From Candidatus Eiseniibacteriota bacterium (GTDB taxonomy: Bacteria > Eisenbacteria > RBG-16-71-46): a DNA stretch of 64,000 nt. This document shows, one piece after another, positions 1-8,998 of the stretch. Below the pieces are notes generated by a model. It saw only the letters and a program-made list of their open reading frames with translations. It was not told the origin of the DNA and ran no database searches. The translations under genes and the position numbers were made by a program. The DNA lies in NCBI GenBank assembly GCA_963725865.1, contig CAVSAC010000014.1:1504001-1568000 (forward strand). The letters run 5' to 3'. Numbering within the stretch: position 1 is the first letter of the stretch; every line of letters starts with the position of its first letter.

Positions 1-162
1 CTCGCCGAGGGCTCGCTCGAGGACCACGTGATCGAGTGCCCGCGCCATGGGGCGCGGTTCGACATCCGCACCGGAGCGGTGGTGGCGCTACCCGCGACCT
101 CGCCGGTGCCGACCTACGCCGTGCGCTTGCAGGGCGACGATATCCAGGTGGGGTGGTCATGA
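1..162 (+). CDS. Rieske-type [2Fe-2S] ferredoxin, 5'-truncated by the window edge
   Basis: Frame 1 reads LAEGSLEDHVIECPRHGARFDIRTG...QVGWS*. CPxHGxxFD is the second Rieske box. The TGA overlaps the next ATG. Confidence 0.85.
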   Translation, partial: LAEGSLEDHVIECPRHGARFDIRTGAVVALPATSPVPTYAVRLQGDDIQVGWS

Positions 163-668
163 ACGACGAGAAGCCGAAGAACCCGCACACCGGTCAGCCA
201 CTGCCCGAGGACGCCGCGCCGCACCGCACGGCGGACTTCTTCGCCGAGCCACCGGGCCCCGATCCGGCGCGGCCGGACCCGCCCGCGCCCGCGATGGGCG
301 CGTCGGATCCCGCGTACGAGAACGCCGCGCGCGCGTCGTCGTTCGCCGCGGCGCAGCAGGCCGCGACCGCCGCGCCGAGCCAGCAGGAGCTGGCGATCCG
401 CGCGGCGCTCGAGACCGTGATGGATCCCGAGATCGGCCTGTCGGTCATCGATCTCGGCCTGATCCGCGAGGTGCTGCTCTCGCCCGGGCACACTCACATC
501 AAGATGATGCTCACCACGCCGTTCTGCCCGTACGCGCCGCAGATGGCCGAGGACGTGAAGCAGGCGGCCACCAGCGTGGTGCCGCAGGTGACCGAGGTCG
601 AGCTGCTGCCCGACCCCTGGAGCCCCGAGCTGATGCCGGATCCCAGCCTGCTGGGGTATTCGTTCTAG
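159..668 (+). CDS. DUF59/SufT-like metal-sulfur cluster assembly factor
   Basis: ALETVMDPEIGLSVIDLGLI...MMLTTPFCP...PWSPELM motifs; ATGA overlap with the ferredoxin gene. Confidence 0.85.
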   Translation: MNDEKPKNPHTGQPLPEDAAPHRTADFFAEPPGPDPARPDPPAPAMGASDPAYENAARASSFAAAQQAATAAPSQQELAIRAALETVMDPEIGLSVIDLGLIREVLLSPGHTHIKMMLTTPFCPYAPQMAEDVKQAATSVVPQVTEVELLPDPWSPELMPDPSLLGYSF

Positions 669-798
669 CGCGAGTCCGTCCGATCCCGCCTCCGTAGTAC
701 TCCGCATGGCGAGACCGCGCGGCCGGGACTAACCTCATCGCGAGTCCCCACTCGGCCCGCCCGAGCATGCCGCGGGAGCTACCGCCATGGAGGCCACG

Positions 799-1491
799 AT
801 GAATCCTCTACCGCGCGTGCGCCGACGTGCCGCACCGGCCGCACGCATCGCAACGCTCGCACTCGGTGGCATCGGGTTGGTGGTTGCGCTCGCGACCGCA
901 GCTGCCGCGGATGGCGATGTCTCGAACATCTCCCTGCCGAACCTCATCCTGCTGGTGGGGCACGACGGCGCCGGCCAACCGGACCCCGCCGGGCAGATCC
1001 AGGTGACGGTGCGCGACCTCGGGGGCAATCTGGTCGCGGGCAGCCTGGTCGAGATCGACTTCACGCGGTGCCCGGACATCCGCATCGCGGCGAACCAGCC
1101 CGATCCCGGACTCTCGGTGGATTGCGCGCTCCACCGCGTGCGTGCGATCTCGGATGCGAACGGCATCGCGCGATTCCGGATCGTCGGGGGCGCGCTCAAT
1201 CCGGGTGGCGCACCGGGATGCGGCTTCTGGAGCGGGGCCTTCTACGTCGACGGGGGCTTCGCCGGATTCCGCACCGTGGCGGCGTTCGATGAGAACGGGC
1301 TCAACGGTCTCGACGGCGGCGATCTCGCCGCGTGGGTCACCGACTACTTCGGGGCCGCGCCGGTGGGACGGTCCGACTACGACGGCAGCGGCGGGATCGG
1401 GGGAAACGACGCGGCAATCTGGGCGAGGGCCTACTTCGCGAACGGCTCGCGTTTCGGCGCAGGCTCGCTCCCGGGCGGACTCTGTCCCTGA
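799..1491 (+). CDS. Secreted Ig-like + dockerin/EF-hand-like protein, paralog 1
   Basis: GGAGG at 789-793; signal peptide; VGHDGAGQPDP...VTVRDLGGNLV; two DxxGxxGxxGxD loops; ends GGLCP. Confidence 0.75.
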   Translation: MNPLPRVRRRAAPAARIATLALGGIGLVVALATAAAADGDVSNISLPNLILLVGHDGAGQPDPAGQIQVTVRDLGGNLVAGSLVEIDFTRCPDIRIAANQPDPGLSVDCALHRVRAISDANGIARFRIVGGALNPGGAPGCGFWSGAFYVDGGFAGFRTVAAFDENGLNGLDGGDLAAWVTDYFGAAPVGRSDYDGSGGIGGNDAAIWARAYFANGSRFGAGSLPGGLCP

Positions 1492-1504
1492 GTCGCCGCT
1501 CGGC

Positions 1505-1537
1505 CGGCGACCGCGGGCGCGGTTCCCGCGGTCGCCG
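1505..1537 (+). terminator. Perfect 13-bp stem hairpin downstream of paralog 1 (terminator or mRNA stabiliser)
   Basis: cggcgaccgcggg-N7-cccgcggtcgccg; no U-tract. Confidence 0.4.
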
Positions 1538-1777
1538 ATCCGGTGCGTGACCGGGGCGGGGCGGCGCGGAAGCCGCGGTGGGGCTTGGTGGCTGGTGCGA
1601 ACCCGTCTCCGTATCTTCACGGATGGCGATGCGCGTGTCGCGCCGACTACACTCGCGCCAATCCCCCAGCGCGTCTTCTCCCGCGCAGCGAAAGGCCGAT
1701 CCGAGGTTGCGCGTCTGTCGCGCGGTCGCGGTCCGGCCACGGCTACGGACGTCGGCGGTCGAAAGGCGGATCCCCTC

Positions 1778-2446
1778 ATGCGCAGACTCGCCCAGCACCT
1801 CCTGCTTGTGCTGCTCTCGATGACCTCGGTGGCCGCGATGCCCGCGGCGGCACGGGCCCAGATCATCGACCCGCCGGCAAACAACTCGACCATCCCGCTG
1901 CATATCATCGTGGTCGGCCACGACGGCGCGGGGCAGGCCGATCCGATCGGGCAGTTCACGGTCACCGTGCGCGACCTCGCGAACAACCCGGTGGCGGGCG
2001 CGAATGTGGTCTGCGACTTCTCGAACTACACCGATCTCGAGGTCGCGGCGACCCAGCCCTTCCCGGGAGTCTCGTCGCTCTGTGCCAATCACTCCGTCCT
2101 CGCGTTGACCGACGTCAGCGGGGTGGCGACGTTCCGGGTGGTCGGAGCCGCGACGAGCAGTGGACCATCGGGCACCGGAATGCTCGCGATGCGCATCTAC
2201 GCCGACGGGGTGCTGCTGGGCAACATCTCGGCCGCGGCGCTCGACCTGGTCGGCCAGGACGGCCTCTCGGGAAGCGATCTCGCGGCATGGACCACCGACG
2301 CCTTCTCGGGCCTGCCGCTCGCGCGCTCGGACTACGATGGCAGCGGCGCGATCGGCGGCAGCGACCTCGCGATCTGGGCGCGGGCCTACTTCGCGAACGG
2401 CTCGCGCTTCGGCGCCGGCTCGCTCGCCGGCGGCTTGTGCCCGTGA
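1778..2446 (+). CDS. Secreted Ig-like + dockerin/EF-hand-like protein, paralog 2
   Basis: MRRLAQHLLLVLL...AARA signal peptide; same motifs as paralog 1; ends AGGLCP. Confidence 0.75.
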   Translation: MRRLAQHLLLVLLSMTSVAAMPAAARAQIIDPPANNSTIPLHIIVVGHDGAGQADPIGQFTVTVRDLANNPVAGANVVCDFSNYTDLEVAATQPFPGVSSLCANHSVLALTDVSGVATFRVVGAATSSGPSGTGMLAMRIYADGVLLGNISAAALDLVGQDGLSGSDLAAWTTDAFSGLPLARSDYDGSGAIGGSDLAIWARAYFANGSRFGAGSLAGGLCP

Positions 2447-2569
2447 CGCGCTGAAGCGCCGCCCCGCTGGCGGGCGGCCCACGCGAGGCCTATGCTCCTC
2501 GCGACTCCCCGATGCGCCGCCCCCGGGCGCGGACACGATCCGACCCGCGGGTCGGAACAGGAGGCCGCG

Positions 2570-3268
2570 ATGTTCCGGGGTTCCACCCTGGTTGCCCTCG
2601 TGCTCGGCGCGTGCGCCGCGATGTTCGCGCGGCTTCTGATGTCGGTGCTCCTCTTGGTCACGGTCGTCTCGAGCGCCTGCGCCGGAGGTGCGTCGAAGGC
2701 CACGTACTACACCGTCGTGCTCTCGCGCCGACCGATCGTCGTGGGTCACGATGGTGCCGGCCACGCGGACCCGATGGGGGCATTCACCGTCACCGTGTTG
2801 AACTGGGGCACTCCGGTCAGCATGGCCCAGGTCGTCTGCGAGTTCACGCCCGCGCCGGGCCTGAGGATCGCCCGCGTCCAACCCGAATCCGGGATGTTCT
2901 TCGCCTGCGTGAGCTCGGTCCCGAACCTCGCCGTTCTCACCGACGGCGCGGGCGTGGCGCGCTTCTCGATCGTCGGCGGCCTGACGGGTGCCACCTCCGG
3001 CGCAACGACCATGAGGATCTACGTCGACGGCTCGCCGAAGAGCACCCTGGATGTCGGGGTCCTCGATCTCACCGGCCTGGACGGTCTCGGCGGGGCCGAT
3101 CTCGCGGTCTGGCTCCAGGACTACTTCGCCGGCGCGCCGTACGGACGCTCCGACTACGACGGCGATGGAATGACCGGCGGCGGCGATCTCGCGATCTGGT
3201 GCCAGGCGTTCTTCGCGAACGGCTCGCGCTACGGCGCCGGATCGCTCGCTGGCGGACTGTGCCCATGA
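2570..3268 (+). CDS. Secreted Ig-like + dockerin/EF-hand-like protein, paralog 3
   Basis: AGGAGG before ATG 2570; VVGHDGAGHADP; DLTGLDGLGGADL...RSDYDGDGMTGGGDL; ends GGLCP. Confidence 0.75.
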   Translation: MFRGSTLVALVLGACAAMFARLLMSVLLLVTVVSSACAGGASKATYYTVVLSRRPIVVGHDGAGHADPMGAFTVTVLNWGTPVSMAQVVCEFTPAPGLRIARVQPESGMFFACVSSVPNLAVLTDGAGVARFSIVGGLTGATSGATTMRIYVDGSPKSTLDVGVLDLTGLDGLGGADLAVWLQDYFAGAPYGRSDYDGDGMTGGGDLAIWCQAFFANGSRYGAGSLAGGLCP

Positions 3269-3986
3269 GGTCCCGAGCGAAGACCAGGGCGTCGCACCCA
3301 CGCGAAGCAGGGCAGGCTCCGTCCACGCGTCCGAGCTTCGCGCGCCTCACACTCATCGCGCTCGTCGCGGTCGTGATCTCCGCGTTCGGCAGCGTTCGCG
3401 CCGATGCCAAGGACGTCGTCGCGACGCTCGTGCTCTCGCGTCACCCGATCGTGGTGGGCCACGACGGCGCGGGAAACGCGGATCGCTCTCGGGGAGTTCA
3501 CCGTCAAGGCGCTCAACCGCTTCGGCAATCCCGTCAGCATGGTCGTGATCAGCTTCGACTTCACTTCCTGCCCGGGGCTGCGGATCACCAGGACCCAATT
3601 GCAGCCCGGCCAGTACAGCCAGTGCGTGAACTCGGCCGCGATCGTGTACGCGCTCACCGGCGGCGATGGCGTGGCGCGCTTCCGGATCGTCGGCAGCGTG
3701 CAGGGCAGCGGCTCCGAGCCCGAACGTCGTGACGATCTCGACCGACTTCTCGCAGCGGGGTTGGATGAGCTTCGCGGCCTTCGACCTGAATGGGGTCGGT
3801 GGCCTCGGAGGGGCCGACCTCGCGGCGTGGGCCGCGGACTACTTCGCAGGGACGAAGCACTTGCGCTCGGACTACGACGGCGATGGCTCGCTCGGCGGCG
3901 CCGATCTCTCGATCCTCGCCCAGGCGTACTTCGCCGGCGGATCGCTCCAGAGTGCCTCTTCGCTCGCGGGCGGGCTGTGCCCGTGA
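3265..3986 (+). CDS. Paralog 4 of the same family, broken by two +1 frameshifts (~3483 and ~3720)
   Basis: ATGA overlap with paralog 3. Similarity to paralogs 1-3 runs through three successive frames (VVGHDGAGNAD / LGEFTVKALN...IVG / FDLNGVGGLGGADL...GGLCP). Confidence 0.7.
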
Positions 3987-4065
3987 CAGGCCGGGCGAGG
4001 GGTATTGCGACCAGTGGGTCCGCCGGCCCCGGCCTTCATCTCGCGTGCGCCGACCGCCGCGCTCG

Positions 4066-4311
4066 CTAGCGGACCGCCAGCGTTCCGGCGGGCTCGCCGG
4101 AGGGCGTGGTCGCGGTGGGTAGCTCGTCCGGGGCGCGCCAGGCACCGCCGTCGATTCGGACCTGCACGATGTGCAGCCCCGGCTCCGCCTGCGAGACCAG
4201 CTCCCACCAGCCGGCCGTCAGGCGATCGAGGGCTCGCGTCTCCCCGTCCGTCAGCTCGCCACGCATCTCGAGACTGCCGGCGCCGGTGCAGCGCACGTGC
4301 GCCGCGGACAT
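4066..4311 (-). CDS. Small glycogen-binding (CBM48/AMPK-beta-like) domain protein
   Basis: LEMRGELTD...GWWEL...PGLHIVQVRIDGGAWRAP resembles the AMPK1_CBM pattern; starts 10 bp after the beta-barrel gene ends. Confidence 0.5.
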   Translation of the reverse strand: MSAAHVRCTGAGSLEMRGELTDGETRALDRLTAGWWELVSQAEPGLHIVQVRIDGGAWRAPDELPTATTPSGEPAGTLAVR

Positions 4312-4321
4312 GGCCGCGGCC

Positions 4322-4870
4322 TCACCAGCCGTAGGAGAGGCCCCAGTTGAGCTTCACCTGCCGCGCGCCGGGCAGGTGGTGATACTTCACCTCGACGAAG
4401 TTCTCGATCCGGCCGCCGAGCGGGAACGTCAGCCCGCCGAGTGCCGCCAGACCGCCCCGCATGTTGGAGTGCGATTCGTCGATGCCGAGCGCGCTCGAGG
4501 TCACGTCGCTCGACAGGAAGTGCAGCCCGAAGCCCGCCCCCAGGTACGGATGCGCGGCGCCGGCCTTGAACTCCCAGCGGGCGTCGAGCCCGAGGGTCGC
4601 GTCCTTGCGCGAGGACTTGATGCGGTAGGGGTCGACGGTGTTGTGGCTGCGCCAGTACTCGACCGTCGGCATGAACACCAGCTGGGGCACGAACGCATCG
4701 GACCGCACGCGGGTCCGCAGGGCGAGCCCGGAGAACGAGCTCTGGTCCTGCTGCATCACGGTCGACGTGATGCCGTCGATGCCGACCAGCTGCAGCGCGG
4801 CCGGGGCGGGAGCGGGGACGATCACGGCGAAAGCGAGCGCGGCCGCGAGAACCAGGTCCTTCTGGCGCAT
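4322..4870 (-). CDS. Outer-membrane beta-barrel (OmpW/OMP_b-brl-like) protein
   Basis: AGGAG RBS; signal peptide; HPYLGAGFGL strand; aromatic C-terminus LSYGW. Confidence 0.75.
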   Translation of the reverse strand: MRQKDLVLAAALAFAVIVPAPAPAALQLVGIDGITSTVMQQDQSSFSGLALRTRVRSDAFVPQLVFMPTVEYWRSHNTVDPYRIKSSRKDATLGLDARWEFKAGAAHPYLGAGFGLHFLSSDVTSSALGIDESHSNMRGGLAALGGLTFPLGGRIENFVEVKYHHLPGARQVKLNWGLSYGW

Positions 4871-5094
4871 GCGAACTCCTTGGAGGATCCATCCTCCGGC
4901 GAGCAGGGCGGGGTGCGGGGAGCGACCGCGCGACCGTAGCAGGCGAGCGCCCGGCCGGCCAGCGTGAATGTCGCCGCGGCCGCGCCTGTCACCCCCTTGA
5001 CGTTCGCGCCCGCGGTTGGCACCGTGCGCGTGGAGTCTCCCCCAAGCGTACTCGCTCCCCCGCGTGAGAGCCGGCCCACCCATCCGGAGGCCTC

Positions 5095-5931
5095 GTGACC
5101 GTCTACGATCTGCGCCCGTTGACGCTCGGCGAAGTGTTCGATCGCGCGTTCTCGATCTACCGCGCTCATTTCTTCAAGCTGATCGGCATCACCACGCTCG
5201 CGCTGGTGATCCCCTACTCGCTCTACACCGCGGCGCTCTACGAGAGCCAGCACGCGGTGGCGGCCGGGCAGGTGAACGTGGCCGCCGTGATCGTGATGCT
5301 CGTGGGCGTCATCGGGCTGCTGGCGGCCTACGCCGTGGTCCAGGCCGCCGTCATGCACGCGGTCTCCGAGCTCTACCTGGGGCACCCGATCACCATCGGC
5401 GACGCGTACGCACGCACGAGCGGCTCGATCTGGCGCATCCTGGTGCTGTTCCTCCTGCAGGGACTCGGAATCTGCCTCGGACTCCTGCTGTTCATCGTCC
5501 CCGGCATCCTCCTCGCGCTGCGCTGGCTGGTGGGGGTGCCGGCGCTGGTGGTGGAAGGGCTCGGACCGGGCGCCGCGCTCTCGCGCAGCATGACCCTGAC
5601 CTCCAACATGGCCGGGCGCATGTTCGTCGCGGTGCTGCTCCAGTTCGTGCTGGGCATGGTGGTCTCCATGGTGCTCACGATGCCGTTCACCGTCCTCGAG
5701 ATCGCCGCCGCGGCAAAGGGCCAGATCTCGCCGGGGATCCAGGCGCTCTCCCAGGTCGGACAGCTGCTGTCGAGCGTGCTGGTGTTCCCGATCGCGAGCG
5801 CGATCGTGTGCGTGCTGTACTACGACCTGCGGGTGCGCAAGGAGGGCTTCGATCTGGAGCAGATGGTGAGCCAGCTGGGGCGCCCCGCCGCGCCGAGCCT
5901 GATCCCGCCGCCGCCGCCGGTCGCCGGGTAG
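5095..5931 (+). CDS. Membrane protein (GDPD-membrane-domain-like) of the MoxR cluster
   Basis: LRPLTLGEVFDRAFSIYR start, several TM helices, LYYDLRVRKEGFDLE motif. Confidence 0.75.
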   Translation: MTVYDLRPLTLGEVFDRAFSIYRAHFFKLIGITTLALVIPYSLYTAALYESQHAVAAGQVNVAAVIVMLVGVIGLLAAYAVVQAAVMHAVSELYLGHPITIGDAYARTSGSIWRILVLFLLQGLGICLGLLLFIVPGILLALRWLVGVPALVVEGLGPGAALSRSMTLTSNMAGRMFVAVLLQFVLGMVVSMVLTMPFTVLEIAAAAKGQISPGIQALSQVGQLLSSVLVFPIASAIVCVLYYDLRVRKEGFDLEQMVSQLGRPAAPSLIPPPPPVAG

Positions 5932-5945
5932 GAGCCGGAAGCCAC

Positions 5946-6857
5946 GTGCCCCGCGCCCCGGGAATCGCGCGCTGCGCGGCGTGCCTGGCGTGCGCGTGGG
6001 CGCTGCTCGCCGTCCTCGCTCTCGTCGCGCGCGCGGCGGGCGGCGGCGCGGACGACGCGGCCACGCGGGCCGCGCTGCTGCGGATGATCCAGGCGGCGGA
6101 TTCCACGGCCGCCGCGCTCGCGCCCGCCGAGAGTGTCGACTCCGCGTTCGCCCCGGAGCTCGCCCGGGCGCTCGAGAAGCTCGGCGGTCTCACCCGCGGC
6201 GATTCCGCGGCGCAGCGCCATCGCCGGGGCTACGAGTCGCTCGACGTGGCGCAGCGGCGGCTGGCCGAGATCCTCTCGCACCGCGAGTTCGCCCGCGCGC
6301 GCGGCAAGAACCTGCTCGAGCGCGGGCTCGATTCGTTGGCGAGCGCGATCGACCGCCTGCTCGAGAAGCTCTTCCGTCCGCTCGGCCGCGTCCCGGCGAC
6401 CGGCGACGCGCTCGCGTGGCTGGTGCTGATCGCGACCGTGGCGGTGCTGGTGCGCGTGCTGATGCTGACGCTGGGCCCGCGGCCGGGGGCGCAGGAGGCG
6501 GGCGGTGACGAGGCGCGCTCGCCCGAGACCTCCGCCGAGTGGCTGCGGCGCGCTCACGCCGCCGCCGCGCGTGGCGCGTTCCGCGAGGCGGTGCATCACG
6601 CGTACTGGGCGGCGGCGCATCGGCTCGCCGAGAGCGGCACCCTGCCGTTCGATCCCACCCGCACCCATCGCGAGACGCTGCGGCGCGTGCCGTCCACCAC
6701 CGCGGCCCGCGGTCCGCTGGAGCGGCTGGTCGGGCGCTACGAGCGGGTGTGGTACGGCGGTGGAGCGGCCGACGACGCCACGTGGGCGGAAGCCCGCAGC
6801 GGACTGGAGGAGCTCGGATGCCGCAGCGGCTCGAGCCCAGCGAACGCGTCCTCCTGA
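5946..6857 (+). CDS. DUF4129 domain protein
   Basis: AGGAG then GTG 5946; C-terminal AVHHAY...DPTRTHRE...YERVWYGG motif. Confidence 0.7.
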   Translation: MPRAPGIARCAACLACAWALLAVLALVARAAGGGADDAATRAALLRMIQAADSTAAALAPAESVDSAFAPELARALEKLGGLTRGDSAAQRHRRGYESLDVAQRRLAEILSHREFARARGKNLLERGLDSLASAIDRLLEKLFRPLGRVPATGDALAWLVLIATVAVLVRVLMLTLGPRPGAQEAGGDEARSPETSAEWLRRAHAAAARGAFREAVHHAYWAAAHRLAESGTLPFDPTRTHRETLRRVPSTTAARGPLERLVGRYERVWYGGGAADDATWAEARSGLEELGCRSGSSPANASS

Positions 6858-8023
6858 TCGTCGCGCTCGGCATGCTGCTGGGCGTGGCGACGCTGGCGGT
6901 GCTGCTGGCCCCGGCGCGCGAGGAGGCCGCGGACGCCGACATGGCGTCGTCGTACCGCAACGGGCCCGGGGGCGCCCGCGCGACGTGGCTGCTGCTCGGC
7001 GAGCTGGGGTATCCGGTCGAGCGCTGGGAGCGCGCGCCGGCGCAGCTGCCCCACGACCAGCGCGCGGCCCGCACCCTCCTGGTGCTGGCGGAGCCCAGCG
7101 TGGCGTCCACCGACGAGGAGAGCCTCGCGGTCGCGCGCTTCGTGGCGGCGGGCGGCACGCTGCTGGTGGCGGGTGACGCCGACAGCCTGGTGCCCGGCCT
7201 GCGCACCGCGCGGCTCGCCGCGTTCGGCGACTCGGCGGTCGAGTGCGAGCGCGCGCTCCTCACGCCGATCACCGAGCGCGCGCCGACGATCGAGCTGCGG
7301 CGGCTCGCGGTCGACGTGGCGATCGCGCCGGGGGCCACGGTGCTCTACCGCCACGGCGGGAGCCCGGTGGTCGTGAGCTACCGCCACGGCGCGGGCGAGG
7401 TGATCTGGTGGGCCGGCACCACGCCGCTCACCAATCGCGGGCTCGACGATCGACGGCATCTCGCGTTGCTGTTCGACACGCTGGGCCCGCCCGGCGAGCG
7501 CCGGGTGCTGTGGGACGAGTACTTCCACGACGTGCGCGGCTCGCTGTCCGCGTACCTCGCGCGCACGCCGCTGCCGTGGATCCTGGCGCAGCTGCTGGCG
7601 CTGTTCGCGCTGGTGTGCGTCACCTGGGCGCGCCGCTTCGGTCCGGTGCGGGTGCCGATCGAGGAATCGCGCGTCTCGATGCTGGAGTTCGTCGACGCGG
7701 TCGGCGGTCTCTACGCGCGGGCGGGCGCGGCGGCCACCGCGGTGCGGCTCGCGCACGACGCGCTGCGCGTGCGCCTGGCCGCGCGGCTCGGCCTCGCGCC
7801 CTCGACGCCGCCGGTGGCGCTCGCCGCCGCCGCTCAACGCCGCCTCGGCGCCGGCGGGCCGCCGCTCGCGGCCGCGCTGCAGCGCGCCGAACGCATGCAG
7901 GACGACCAGCCGCACGCCCTCGCGGCGCTCGCGCTGGTGCAGGAACTGGATCGCTGGGACCGCCGCCTGCACCCGGTCGAACACGGTGCGGGCGGCTTCA
8001 TCACCGGGAGGGGCACGACGTGA
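6818..8023 (+). CDS. DUF4350 domain protein
   Basis: SSYRNGPGGARA...LTNRGL...VLWDEYFH...RRFG motifs; GGAGG RBS. Confidence 0.75.
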   Translation: MPQRLEPSERVLLIVALGMLLGVATLAVLLAPAREEAADADMASSYRNGPGGARATWLLLGELGYPVERWERAPAQLPHDQRAARTLLVLAEPSVASTDEESLAVARFVAAGGTLLVAGDADSLVPGLRTARLAAFGDSAVECERALLTPITERAPTIELRRLAVDVAIAPGATVLYRHGGSPVVVSYRHGAGEVIWWAGTTPLTNRGLDDRRHLALLFDTLGPPGERRVLWDEYFHDVRGSLSAYLARTPLPWILAQLLALFALVCVTWARRFGPVRVPIEESRVSMLEFVDAVGGLYARAGAAATAVRLAHDALRVRLAARLGLAPSTPPVALAAAAQRRLGAGGPPLAAALQRAERMQDDQPHALAALALVQELDRWDRRLHPVEHGAGGFITGRGTT

Positions 8024-8970
8024 CGCAGGTCGCGGAGCTGAGAGGACACGTGCGGGAGCAGATGGCCCGCGTCATCGTGGGGCAGGAGCCGGCCCTCGAC
8101 CAGCTGCTGCTGGTGCTGCTCGCCGGCGGGCACGCGCTGCTCGAGGGCGTTCCCGGACTGGCGAAGACGCTCAGCGTGAAGGCGCTCGCGCGGGTCTGCG
8201 GGCTGCGCTACCAGCGCGTGCAGTGCACGCCCGACCTGCTGCCGGCCGACGTGCTGGGCACCAGCGTGTTCAGCCCCGCCACCGGCCAGTTCACGCTGCG
8301 CCGCGGGCCGATCTTCACCGACGCGCTGCTGGTGGACGAGATCAACCGCACGCCCTCGCGCACGCAGTCGGCGCTGCTGGAGTGCATGGAGGAGCGCCAG
8401 GTCACGCTCGACGGCGAGCGCCACCCGCTGGGACCGCACTTCACGGTGTTCGCCACCCAGAATCCGGTGGAGTTCGAGGGCACCTATCCGCTGCCGGAGG
8501 CGCAGCTCGACCGCTTCCTGCTCAAGGTGCGCTTCGACTACCCGGCCGCCGACGTCGAGACGCGCATCCTCCAGCACTGCGACCGCGGCCCCGAGGCGCG
8601 CGACGTCGAGACCATGGGGCTGGTGGCGCTGCCCGCCGGCGCGCTCGACGCGGCGCGCGCCGAGGTCGCGGCGGTGCGGGTCGAGGAGACGTTGTTCCCC
8701 TACGTGGCCGCGATCGCGCGCCGTACCCGCGACTGGGCCTCGGTGATGCTGGGCGCCAGCCCGCGCGCGGCGATCCACCTGCTCGCGGTCGCCAAGGCGG
8801 CCGCCGCGGTCGAGGGGCGCGACTTCCTGATCCCCGACGACGTCAAACTCGCGGCGCCGGCGGTGCTGCGTCACCGCCTCACGCTGCGTCCCGAGGCGGA
8901 GCTGGAGGGCGTGAGCCCCGACCAGGTGGTCACCGAAGTGCTCGACGCGGTCGAGGTGCCGCGCGCATGA
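8020..8970 (+). CDS. moxR: MoxR family AAA+ ATPase
   Basis: GVPGLAKT Walker A, LVDEINR Walker B, ATQNPVEFEGTYPLPEAQLDRF. Confidence 0.92.
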   Translation: MTQVAELRGHVREQMARVIVGQEPALDQLLLVLLAGGHALLEGVPGLAKTLSVKALARVCGLRYQRVQCTPDLLPADVLGTSVFSPATGQFTLRRGPIFTDALLVDEINRTPSRTQSALLECMEERQVTLDGERHPLGPHFTVFATQNPVEFEGTYPLPEAQLDRFLLKVRFDYPAADVETRILQHCDRGPEARDVETMGLVALPAGALDAARAEVAAVRVEETLFPYVAAIARRTRDWASVMLGASPRAAIHLLAVAKAAAAVEGRDFLIPDDVKLAAPAVLRHRLTLRPEAELEGVSPDQVVTEVLDAVEVPRA

Positions 8971-8998
8971 GCGGCCCGCGCGGGCAGGGCACGCGGCC

